Under the pieces are notes generated by a model that was given only the letters and a program-made list of their open reading frames with translations, was not told where the DNA came from and did not search any database. A program made the translations under genes and the position numbers. From Octopus bimaculoides (Eukaryota): a stretch of 36,109 bases of DNA. The DNA is taken from positions 3,877,197 through 3,913,305 of the forward strand of contig NC_069002.1 in assembly GCF_001194135.2 (NCBI RefSeq), in the 5' to 3' direction. Below, one piece after another: positions 1 through 10,062 of this stretch; position 1 is the first letter of the stretch, and each line of letters opens with the position of its first letter.

Positions 1-480
1 CCCCAATTCGCCCATTTTTTGTTTTCAAAAATTTCTTTGGATTCTTGTTATCATTATTAAGATTTTGCAAAAAAAAAAGCACGTTTTCAAAATTTTTATT
101 TCCCCCTCCGGACCCCCAATTTTTAATTTATCACTTTTTTTCGAATTTTTTTTTTTAATTCACGCAGAAATACAGCGATTACGAACCTGGAAAATTTTTT
201 TTTTTTTCCTTTTTCCTTTTAATTTTTCTTAGAAAATACTCTATTCTCCCCCCACTCCCACTCACCACTTTCAAAACGCTAAGAACTCCGTATGTTTTAC
301 GCATGTGTAGATTTCCCTTGAAACAGCAGACAAAAAATATCAAACCATCACCAGAAAACCCGATATGCTAGAAACAACAGCTTAATGTCTAGAAAATATA
401 TTTTCCTTTCATTTAACAACCTTTTTTTTTTTTTCACTTCATTTTTAAACATAAATGACGTTTGTAATATAAGGGTGACC
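1..480. repeat. AT-rich, probable DNA-transposon remnant (unclassified)
   Basis: Poly-T/poly-A runs. The motif TGCTAGAAACAACAGC (~366-381) recurs in reverse at ~8290-8305 and in related form at ~24780. No ORF support. Confidence 0.25.
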
Positions 481-626
481 TGGTTACACAATGCATTATA
501 GAGTAATACATTATAATGCAAGTTTACTAATCACACTATACAACTTCTGTCTCTCTAATCGTATAAAACCTCATTCAAATTTCCTAACTGAATTAAATGA
601 TTTTTGCCAAAAACAAGGGAATCTTC

Positions 627-835
627 TACAAGGGGTTACTGAAAAGTTCCTCGCTTTAAGAGTATTACAGAAGGCCCAACCTTCCAAGTTCTTTTACAGG
701 GATTTGAAAAACTGAAGGACCACTACAATAAGTGTATGAATCCTAGAGGGGAATATGTTGAGTGGAATCATAATTAACTGATCCTCCTGTATTTTCTTTT
801 ACACAAGGCCAGGAATTTTTCAGCAATCCCTCATA
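627..835 (+). mobile_element. Mariner-derived MITE (non-autonomous)
   Basis: ~30-bp terminal inverted repeats (TACAAGGGGTTACTGAAAAGTTCCTCGCTTT ... AAGGCCAGGAATTTTTCAGCAATCCCTCATA) with TA at both ends. Internal remnant of a mariner transposase C-terminus (..KC.N.RGEYVE). Second copy at 17760-17981. Confidence 0.85.
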
Positions 836-840
836 TATGA

Positions 841-1000
841 TTGCTTGATCAGTTCAAAATAACAGCCAAATCTCCTTTAAGTAATGATTTAGTCTTTAAA
901 AAAAAATGGTAGGCCACATCATATAATGCAGTCTTGGGTAAAATATGAAGGGATGGTCATGTTTGAAATACCTGAATTCAGGACAGACCTGGGGTTAACA
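841..1000 (+). repeat. Interspersed repeat fragment (family ending ...CTGACCTGGGG(C/T)TAAAC)
   Basis: Shares blocks (AATAACAGCCAAATCTCC; GATGGTCAT; GACCTGGGGTTAA) with copies at ~21640-21790, ~24770-24840 and (reverse) ~34720-34786. Confidence 0.55.
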
Positions 1001-1753
1001 TGGTAACTGCCATGGTCTGTTACTAGAACTTATCAGTGATGCTACATATTTTCAGTCACTGCTTAATTACAAGGAAATATAATTTTTTTGCACTTTTATG
1101 TGGATATTTTGAAAATACCCCATGGTGACAGTGCTCTGCATAGTTACAGGCTGCCCCTTGGCTAGGCATAGTACCCGTTTAGCCACCTTGCCAGGGACAT
1201 GCCGAAATCATGGGACTGCAGCATGGTGGATTGTGAGAGCTCAAATGAGTCGTTGATGCTTCTTACATAAATGCTGAGCAGAGGAATCCTAGATCAAAGT
1301 CAAGATCACCAGGTTCTAGCAAGAGAATAACTGAAATGCAGCTGTAGGGGTGGTGTCCGTGGTTGTGTAATTAGCTAATGATGAAAGAGTCACTCTGACT
1401 CAGACTCCCAATTCAAATTAATAATAATAATAATAATTGGTGGCAGAGAATCATGGGAATCCGTAAAAGCAGCAAAAAGAAAAAAAAAAAGACAATATTT
1501 CATAATTAAATTTTAATATTTAGCATTCATGTTATTTAAATATCCTCGAAACCAAGTCAGATATGGAATAAAATATTTTCACAAATTATGAAAATATACC
1601 ACCAGTGGTGCATATGGCAGTTGTACGAAGTTTGCAATAAGGTGCAGGTGACAGTTACTGTGTTAAACAATAAAAAACATACTCCGACCAATAAACCATC
1701 TCAGTTCACGGAAAATAAAAACTTACATTTAAAAGAAAATCAGAAATAGAACA

Positions 1754-1759
1754 TTTATT
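1754..1759 (-). terminator. Candidate polyadenylation signal (AATAAA) for NCAPD3
   Basis: Minus strand reads ..TTTTGTAAATAAATGTTCTATTTCTGATTTTCTTTT.., with a U-rich downstream tract. Closer AATAAA hexamers (2818-2823, 2978-2983) have poorer context. Confidence 0.35.
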
Positions 1760-2033
1760 TACAAAAGAGAAAAACAGTTCATGTTTTAAGTTGACAGGTT
1801 AAGAATTAAAGTTTTATGTACATATATATATATATACATTTATAAAGTATATACAAGCATTCTATTTTAAGGTTATTTTTATTTTAACCATTTTCTTTTC
1901 AAGCGAGTAAAGTCTTGTATCGGTCCTTTATGTAGACAAATAATTATGTATATGTGAGCATTATCTCTACAGTATGTATTGAACACTCCGATCTCATTCA
2001 TCCAATATAAACCAATGTATGAATATATATATA

Positions 2034-2285
2034 TCATCATCATCATCATCATTGTTTAACGTCCGCTTTCCATGCTGGCATGGGTTGGACGGTTTGACTG
2101 AGGACTGGTGAACCAGAGGCTGCACCAGGCTCAATCTGATCTGGCAAAGTTTCTACATCTGGATGCCCTTCCTAATGCCAACCACTCCGAGAGTGTAGTG
2201 GGTGCTTTTAGATTCCACTGGCACGTGAGCAAGTCCGGCAGCACCGGCAACAACCATGCTCAAATGTTGTTTTTCACCTGCCAGT
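2034..2285 (-). mobile_element. RTE-LINE 3' UTR / RTE-tailed short element with (ATG)n tail
   Basis: (CAT)n followed by GTTTAACGTCCGCTTTCCATGCTGGCATGGGTTGGACGG...GGATGCCCTTCCTAATGCCAACCAC. The same block recurs many times in the window, and related sequence is contiguous with RT-coding sequence at 8900-9925. Confidence 0.8.
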
Positions 2286-2291
2286 AAAGCG

Positions 2292-2832
2292 ATCACTAGG
2301 AATGGTGACGTGATGCTTCCATTCATTTTCCCACAGGCTTCAGACTCAACATGGATGAGGTAGTGCAACCCTGGGTCAAGAGGGTGGCTGCGGGAAGACC
2401 CTATGTCTGGCAACAGGACTCTGCACCATTGCCACACAAGCAGGAGAACCCAGTCATGGCTGTCAGACAACTTCTGTGACCACATCACCCCTAACATCTG
2501 ACCACCTAACTCCCCAGACTGCAACCCCTTAGATTATTATGTGTGAGGCGCAGTTGGACGAAAGACCAACAAAACTCCTTGTAACACCAAAGATAAACTG
2601 GAGGCAAGGATTATGGCAGCATTCACCAACAAGGAGACCATCCAGAAGAGTTGCAGGAGATTCCGAAATCGTCTGGAGGCTGTGGTTGAAGCCAATGACG
2701 ATTTCATTGAATAAATTTACTCTTTAGTATTTCAAGATATTTTTATGTAATTTTGGTAAATATATGTTAAAATGAGATGTCAATGTTATTTTCATTTTTG
2801 CATAATTTAGATGACAGTTTATTCACTGCATC
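2292..2832 (+). mobile_element. Tc1/mariner superfamily, DD37D (maT-type) transposase 3' relic and right end
   Basis: Manual translation: ..GDVMLPFIF..VVQPWVKRVAAGRPYVWQQDSAP/CHTSRRTQSWLSDNFCDHITPNI*PPNSPDCNPLDYYV*GAV..RRFRNRLEAVVEANDDFIE*. There are 37 residues between the 2nd and 3rd catalytic Asp after correcting a +1 frameshift, and two TGG>TGA stops. Confidence 0.88.
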
Positions 2833-3150
2833 CTATATATACATCATACATATATACAATATATACACACACATATATATATACATACACAACTAGATAC
2901 ATGTAAATATATACACACATATATGTACATACACATATTTACATAAATACATGTGTGTGTGTATGTATACATGTTTGTTTATTTGTTTAATGTATGTATG
3001 TATATATATATGTATATGCACATACCCACATAAACAGTCTGTTTCAATAGGAAATTTTATATATACATAGCTCTAACAGTGAATCATACATACATATTAT
3101 ATAAGTTTACAACACACCACACTACAATCGTATCACACACACACACATAC
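2830..3150. repeat. (TA)/(CA)/(TG) low-complexity microsatellite tract
   Basis: Directly visible alternating TA, CA and TG runs. Confidence 0.85.
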
Positions 3151-3230
3151 AAGCAAAAATTTAAGTGGGAATTAATGCAACTAGTTCCATTACTCAATAA
3201 TTGCTATTGAGAGTTCTATATCTCAGTCTA

Positions 3231-3909
3231 TCAGCTTCGACGTGTCTGGCCTGCAACAGTAGTAGCAGGCTCTTCCATCTTAATGTCATTTTCATCTTCG
3301 TCTTCACATTTCAAGGCTGTTAGTCTTGCTGATTTAGTTCTATGCCGTCCGGGGGTAATGTTCCAAACCTTGTTTGCCTCGGAGATCTTTAAAGGAGAAG
3401 TGAGGTGGATGACATTCTCGGCATTGTCTTGCAGTGAATTTAAGCTTGTCGACTGCAAAGATGTATTCCTTAAACTGTTTGGTGAGTTGTGGCGAATGGG
3501 GGAAGGTGGCGTCATACTAATATTTTGGTCGGAGTGAAATGTGACATTTTTAGACCTGCTGGCAACAAATGGAGTGCTGATAGCACGGTTCAGATAATTC
3601 TGTTCGTCTGAACTGTCTCTGACATCCTGTCTTGATTTTGAAGTATTGCTTGTTGAGCTGTCAGAACTCATTCCAAGAGACTGCCTCTTTTCTCCATTAA
3701 TTTGCTGAAGTCTTTCAATAGATTTTTTCGCAGAATTCAAAATTGCTTTCTTAGATAAGGAAAGGGTTTCTAAATTTCTGCCCAGCTTTTCAGTAGAAAC
3801 AGGAACTTGGTTTGAGTTACGATTGTTATTCACATCATCAAATTCTTGCTCAGGAGAAGGAGATTTTTGAGCGATTTCTTGTTGTTCTTCATTTTCTTCT
3901 TCTTGCTGC

Positions 3910-3967
<58 letters not shown>

Positions 3968-6900
3968 CTTCAAACTTACGTAAATCAAATTCGATTTCAT
4001 CAGCAAGTTGCTTGTTCGTACCAAGAATCTGTTGAATTTCGCTTTTGAAATCTTTAATGAGTTCTCGGAGATACAACATCAGCTCTTTCAACACTGGAGA
4101 CCGTTTAGTTTCTAAGACAAGCTTTAGTGATGTAACAATCGGAACTATATTTTCTATCAAATTTTTCTTCATCACTTTTGAAATAAGATTTTTGTTCATT
4201 TTTGCAATAACAGCAGCTGCCATTTCCTCTTCATCCATGTTACCTTCATTTTGTTTGTTGACAATTAAAGATATTTTGATTTCTTTACTACCAAGGATGG
4301 TTAAAGAATCCTGCAACACTGTAGTTCCGTCTGCATCAAGTTCAATGATTCCATCAACAACGCCTGCAAGGATTTCCTGATTCAGTTTTGCAGATAAGTT
4401 GATTTTATGTTCATCGGTCATGTGTTGGAGCATGAAAGTGTAAAGACGCCACCGCAGTTCAAATTTGGATTTTCCACGTAGATCAAGGCTGTTTTTGGTG
4501 TTTTGATCTTGGGTGAATCTGTTATACATTGGATGTTTCTGGTAACGATTGAAGTAAAAGATGCATTCAATAAAATGATAGAACATGATGTTTGGATTAC
4601 GAACCAACAGACAATGAACAAAGCAAAACTCGGAGAACTTTTGCAGTTCTATTTGTTCGTCTAAGTAAGTTGTGATGAAACGATAAAAGAGTGGACCTTT
4701 CCATTTCAGATAATCTTCTTGGATGAGCATGGTGAGTAATGTCATGGTTTGTTTCCGGATCAAAGGAGAAACGTCATTGAGACATGTTGCTACCTTGGGA
4801 ATATACTGATCGACAAGGGTAGTGTATCGTATGCACAGGTCACACAAAATGAAAACCACATTGTTGCGGATCGCTTCTTCGGATGACGTTTCCAATTCTC
4901 GTACAAGTGCTGCAACACACTTTTTCGCAAGATCTTCATTCTGAAGGCAGAATTTCCCGAGTGTAATGAAAGCATGCCCTCTCACGCGACTGCTTAACTT
5001 GGAACCGGCAAAATGAAGCAAAGTTTCATGATCTTTACTGGACTTTGTTTTAGACAAATTATCCAGACCATTTGTTTGGGAGGCGGCTGATCCTTGGGAA
5101 CATTTCAATACAAAATCCGAAATGCAAGGAGAAGCAATGATGCTCTGGACTACTAACAAAATATGTTTGATGGGATATGCTGGATGAAGTTGACAAACTT
5201 CTCCAAGAGTAAACAAATGACAAATAACTTTTTCTTCATCAACAACAGTGTTTTCTTTTTCAGACAAAATTAATTTGGATAAATATTTATCAGAAGCTTG
5301 CAGAATGTCCTGGCATAACGTTTTCAACTTGTTTTTCTCAAATTTATTGTCTTCAGTTAGTTTCTTGATAGTTGCCATGGTTACAGAAATTAAGTCGATA
5401 GGAGAACAGAACTGCAACAAACGCTTGCTGAGGTCAGCTACAAGTTTTTGCTTCTCTTCAAAAGGCACTGATTCAGCCACATTCAATAAAACTTTCAAAA
5501 CATATTTACAAGTTGATGTACTCTCGTTGCCACTGTCTAATGAACAATTTTCTTCCCAAAACTGAACTACAAAAGAGCAATCGAATTTTACTTTTGCAGT
5601 CGAAAGTTCTGAAAGCATCATCCATGCTGCATTGTTATGTTCAGTACCAATGTGAGTTTTAAGGACATTGATGTGAAACGCTTTGATCAGCTTCAACCTT
5701 GACCACTGGCTAACAGCGCGTTGGAAATATCGCCGAAGACTTTCTTCCTCTTCTCCAGCCATTATTTTTAATAAATTCCATGTTAACTGGTACTGACTTG
5801 ACAGAGACCTATTGTATGTACACAGATTCTGAAGGAGGACTTCTTCAAGGCACTTCATGCATTTTTCTTGTAAAGTACTTTCACAATCCAAAATCAAAGG
5901 TAAAACTCCATTGAGCCAAGCCTTCTGAATGAAATAGCATGTTGGTAAATCAATTAGAAGGGAGCTGAGCGACTGCATAGCTTGCTTCCGAACAGACAAA
6001 GACGGGTCTCGGCATCTTTCTTCCAAAATATTTACACCCATTTGGCAGTCATTCTGCAGCAACCGTACAAGACTTTCAAAAGCCTGAAGAGCTGATTTCC
6101 TCACAAAAACTTTTTCATCTGATGATCTCCTTTTCAACATTGAAAGAACACCATTATTATCAGAAAGATTATTATCAGCAGGACTAAAATCCAAGTTGAC
6201 AAACGGTGTCTGTCCAGTGAGGACAATACCTTGATTAGGGGTATTGTTATTTTCAGAGCCTGAAGGAAGAGTGGTACCATTCATTTCTTTCTCACAAGAA
6301 ATTGGAGTCACATTGTCAGCTTCTACATTTGGAAGACTTTCTAAATTTGAAGGGTTGCTGTCATATTCTTTATTTTGTGGCGTAAACAAACTTTGGCACA
6401 CATTTACAATTTTTTGATTCCTCGACCCTACACACTGGGAAAAGATTACAATTGCTCTTGAACGGACTGATGAAGAATTGTCGGAACAGCGGTCAACAAC
6501 GTAACCAATATAATGTTTATGTTTTAAATATTCTTGTAGATCGACAGGAACATCTTCGATTGACTGTATCTCAGCTTTCGAAAGCAACAACGAAAAAATT
6601 TCAAGAGCTATCATTCGGTTGTTAGTTTTCGAAGTATTTACCAACACACCAAGCCATTTTATCATTTCGGCATAATTGATTTTGTCAAAAGCGTCCATTA
6701 TAGTCAAAATAGATTCCGCCACTTTGCTTCTATAATCTGTTTTGTCTGGAGTTTTAATACATAAATGTTGAATTAAAGTCCTAGCAGACTTCATTGCCGA
6801 ATCTTTGTGCTGACGAAGAATGTCACATACAAATGAAATAGAATTCAGTCGGCATTGAGTGTAGGCAGCAGGAATTGTTTGGGAGAAAACCACTTTGTTG

Positions 6901-7838
6901 TTGATACCAAGCATTAATATGCTGCTCATTAGTTGTTTGTAAACAATGCTGATGATGGCAGACGAGTTACCTTGAAAGCCGGAACATAATTGTTTTAAGG
7001 CAACATACGCCAACTCGACTGGATATTTAGCGGTGGAAGTAGTAAACGAACAGTTAATATGGTTGTCCAAACCTGCGTAGGGACGGATAAGTTCGGCCAT
7101 AACTTGGACGCTTTTGTGAATTGAAGAATCGGATCCACGCAAAGAAAAATTCTGAACAAGTTGAATAAAAGCTTTTAGCGCACTAACCAAGGCTTTCTGT
7201 AGAATGATGTTATCTTGCGGAGAAAGTTCTTCTCCGTCACTTTCTTCGCTTCCATTGTCCCCGTCATCATCATCCATCTCGACCGAAGTATTTCTATTCA
7301 ATCTACGATTTTTCGCGCGGATATTCTTCTGAGAATTCTTTTGTGAGAGTTTACGTTTTCTGTTGGCGCCGGCGCTCGACGTCCACCTACGCAAAACGTC
7401 CAGGCACAAGTTTAATAACATCGGATTAAAAATTTTAAAAGCGCCACTACCAGAAATGGATACGAGTTGGAAATAATTACAAGAAGCCAACAGACCTGCA
7501 TGTCTTTTTGTTGCACCCACTTTGGTTTTGGAAGAAGCAGATTCTATCAAATATGCCAGATAAGCGATGAAATGTTTATAGGAAACATTACTTTCGACTA
7601 GAACCGTCCAAAAACTAACCTCGTTTGTTTCTCTGTTTATCCAGCGATCGAGAGAAGATTGAAGTTTAAGCAGATCTTCGATGTAGAAGTTGTTCTCTTC
7701 TAAATCAATTATCAAGTCTTCCGGAACAGAGTCTAATTCAACAAAATCTTTTTCCCATGCCGACTTTACCCAGCTATCTTCCAGTTGATCAAGAGGCAAA
7801 TCGTTTAGAATCGCGATAATTTGTTCGATGCCCGCCAT
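3231..7838 (-). CDS. NCAPD3: Condensin II complex subunit D3 (CAP-D3), single coding exon, 1535 aa
   Basis: Uninterrupted ORF from ATG 7838 (context ACTATGG) to the stop at 3231. CAP-D3-like N-terminus (..FWTVL..; RKRK basic patch followed by an acidic EMDD tract), HEAT repeats (DEKVFVRKSALQ; RCRDPSLSVRKQAMQSL), Cnd1-type C-terminal block (IRNNVVFILCDLCIRYTTLVDQYIPKVATCLND..LIRKQT..QEDYLKWKG.LF) and C-tail RAISTP..VTF. Confidence 0.96.
3903..3965 (-). repeat. Coding (CAA)18(CAG)2CAA repeat = 21-Gln tract in CAP-D3
   Basis: (TTG)n on the plus strand, in frame within NCAPD3. Confidence 0.95.
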
Positions 7839-7898
7839 AGTTTGAATTTCAGCCTCGTTTTCAGATAACCGAACCGCTCGCTTTCCTTTCCTTTCGAT

Positions 7899-7908
7899 NN
7901 NNNNNNNN
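7899..7908. other. Assembly gap (10 N) between the NCAPD3 5' UTR and a SINE
   Basis: N run; true length unknown. Confidence 0.99.
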
Positions 7909-8060
7909 GTCACGCTGAATATCCCCGAGAACTACGTTAAGGGTACACGTGTCTGTGGAGTGCTCAGCCACTTGCACGGTAATTTCACGAGCAGGCTGTT
8001 CCGTTGATCGGATCAACTGGAACCCTCGATGTCGTAAGCGACGGAGTGCCAACAACAACA
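7909..8060 (+). mobile_element. SINE 3' portion with (AAC)n tail, CpG-rich and apparently young
   Basis: GTCACGCTGAATATCCCCGAGAACTACGTTAAGGGTACACGTGTCTGTGGAGTGCTCAGCC...GACGGAGTGCCAACAACAACA resembles a recurrent octopus short-element consensus (recalled, not searched). Many intact CpGs. Confidence 0.7.
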
Positions 8061-8159
8061 TAGATGGAGGTGGGGCAGCGGTTAAATTACATGTTAATTA
8101 AAATTTACATTGGTTTAAAATTATTTTAGCGGAACCAACAAAAAGGCGAAGAAAGGGCA

Positions 8160-8650
8160 GAATTCTGGTTAAGTACCCCATATAATCCCTCATAACGTTT
8201 TTAGAAAATTGTTGCAAATTTGCTCTACGCACGGGAATTTATACGATTATGCAGAAAAATAATTTTTGCATGATTTAAAGGTTGGTTTAGCTGTTGTTTT
8301 TAGCACAACTCACGACCGCCTGATACCTTTCTCGTTTCTAACTTGTATTGATATGTTTCAACTTTTTCTTCCCATAAACACATTTAATGGAATGATGGTG
8401 CACCCAAGGGTGGTGAACAGCTGGGATTTAAGAATAAAAAATTCGGACTGTCCGTATTTTAAACTGATTTTTTTTTTAATGCGCAAAAATGCCAACTTTT
8501 AAGATTTATTAGGAAGTGGGGTAAAAAAAATTTTTAAGAAAATTTTTGTTGCATAATTGTATGAATTCCCATGAGTGGAACACAAATTCGCAAAAATTTT
8601 CGGGAAATTCCAAAAACTAAAAACGTTATGGGGTGCCTAGACCAGAATTT
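8160..8650. mobile_element. Degenerate long inverted-repeat (MITE/foldback-like) element upstream of NCAPD3
   Basis: 8160-8270 aligns with the reverse complement of 8540-8650: AATTCTGGT; CATAACGTTTTTAG (14/14); AAAATT[G/T]TTGC[A/G]AATTTG; GGGAATT[T/C]ATAC[G/A]ATTATGCA. Confidence 0.65.
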
Positions 8651-8899
8651 CGCTGCAGAAAGTAGAATTATATGGCTGTATTTTCTATCTTGTTTTCTCA
8701 TCAATAATGAGGAGTGAGAGAAAAAAAATTCTCCTAATTTTGAGAGTGGGAGCAGAATCAAGGGATTTCTCTGATTGAGAAGCAGTCTTGAAATAAAATA
8801 TAGACGAAAACATGGATTTTTACAACAGACACAAAGGCAGCAATTTGATTTGAGAATGAAGTCGTCAAATCAATCCTGAGCATATTACTGCTATTTATT

Positions 8900-9925
8900 T
8901 TCTCATAGGTCTGCAGGATAGGTGCTGCTGTGGGGCCCAACACTCAAAAGATGCTTTTTATGTGCAACCAGCACAGGTGCCAGCTATGCAACACCAGCAT
9001 CGGCCACATTTCCTCCATGAGGCCCAACACTTAAAAGGTCCTTTTTATGTGCCACCACCACAGGTGCCAATTATGTGACACTGGTATTGGCTATGACTAG
9101 AATTTCACTTAGCTTAATGGATCTTCTCAAGCACAGCATATCACCAAAGGTCTTGGACACTAGTCATTGCCTCCATGAGGCCCAATGTTTGAAGATCATG
9201 CTTCACCACCTCGTTCCATGTCTTCCTGGGTCTACCTCTTCCACAGGCTCCCTCCACAATTAGAGATCAGTGCTTCTTTACACAGCTGTCCTCGTCCATA
9301 TGCATCACATGACCATACCAGCACAGTCGTCTCTCTTGCACACCACATCTGATGCCTCTATTATGCCCAACTTTTCTCCCAAGACGCTTACACCCCATCA
9401 TACATGCACACTGACATTGCACATCCAGCAAAGCATACTAGCTTTGTTTCTTTCAAGCCTACGCATGTCCTTGGTGGTGACAGCCCATGTTTCACTACCA
9501 TGTAGCACAGCTGTTCGCACCACAAGCATCATACTGTCTGTCTTTTACTCTGAGAGAGAAGCCATTTGTTAACAACGGAGGGAGGAGCTCTCTGAACTTC
9601 GCCCAGCCTATTCTTATTCTTGCAGCTAACTCTTGGAGCATCCATCTCCACTACTAACTTGGTTACCTATCAACAGAAGCTATCAACAACATCTAGCTTA
9701 CCTGCTTGGTATTTGATGGAGTCTATTTTCTGTACATTTTCAGTGTTTATTGTACCCGTGCACCTTCTACACACAAAACCTATTTTCCCAGTTAACCCTC
9801 ATCTGATATTGCTGCACATCTTGTGTGTCCATAGCTTGCACCAGGCACATCTTATGGAATTCCTGCCTGTGAGCATCTCTGTAACCTTCATCACCTGATC
9901 CAACAATTTGTTGCCTCTGTAATTA
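8900..9925 (-). mobile_element. RTE-clade LINE, 5'-truncated ORF2 3' end plus 3' UTR (degenerate)
   Basis: Minus-strand translation across frameshifts and stops: GRNSIRCAWCKLWTHKMCSNIR..FVCRRCTG..VDSFC.LG.QV..RIRIGWAKFRELL..LHGSETWAV..MRRLERN. This is a typical post-RT region of RTE elements. Confidence 0.85.
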
Positions 9926-10010
9926 TTTACCCCTACCCCCAAACCTGCTGGTTTTGAACCAAAATTTGAAACCAATATTATTATTATTATTATCATTATT
10001 ATTATTATTA
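9925..10010 (+). mobile_element. SINE family B 3' tail fragment with (ATT)n
   Basis: CCCCTACCCCCAAACCTGCTGG..CCAAAATTTGAAACCAATATTATT is the reverse complement of the tails of the minus-strand copies (e.g. 26800-26850). Confidence 0.55.
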
Positions 10011-10062
10011 ATAGTAATATTTCTATTCATAAAGTATTTCCTATATTGTAATGAAACATGTG

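Noticed and set aside
5371-5384. X-box-like GTTGCCATGGTTAC (and an E2F-like TTTCGCGC at 7311-7318)
   Set aside because: Both lie inside NCAPD3 coding sequence and can be explained by codon choice.
3283-5565. Short alternative-frame and antisense ORFs inside NCAPD3 (poly-V, poly-N etc.)
   Set aside because: By-products of the long CDS and its CAA repeat; no independent coding signal.
7839-7913. ORF-track start at 7913 giving a 1560-aa protein
   Set aside because: It reads across an N gap from SINE sequence. ATG 7838 has strong context and matches where CAP-D3 homology plausibly begins.
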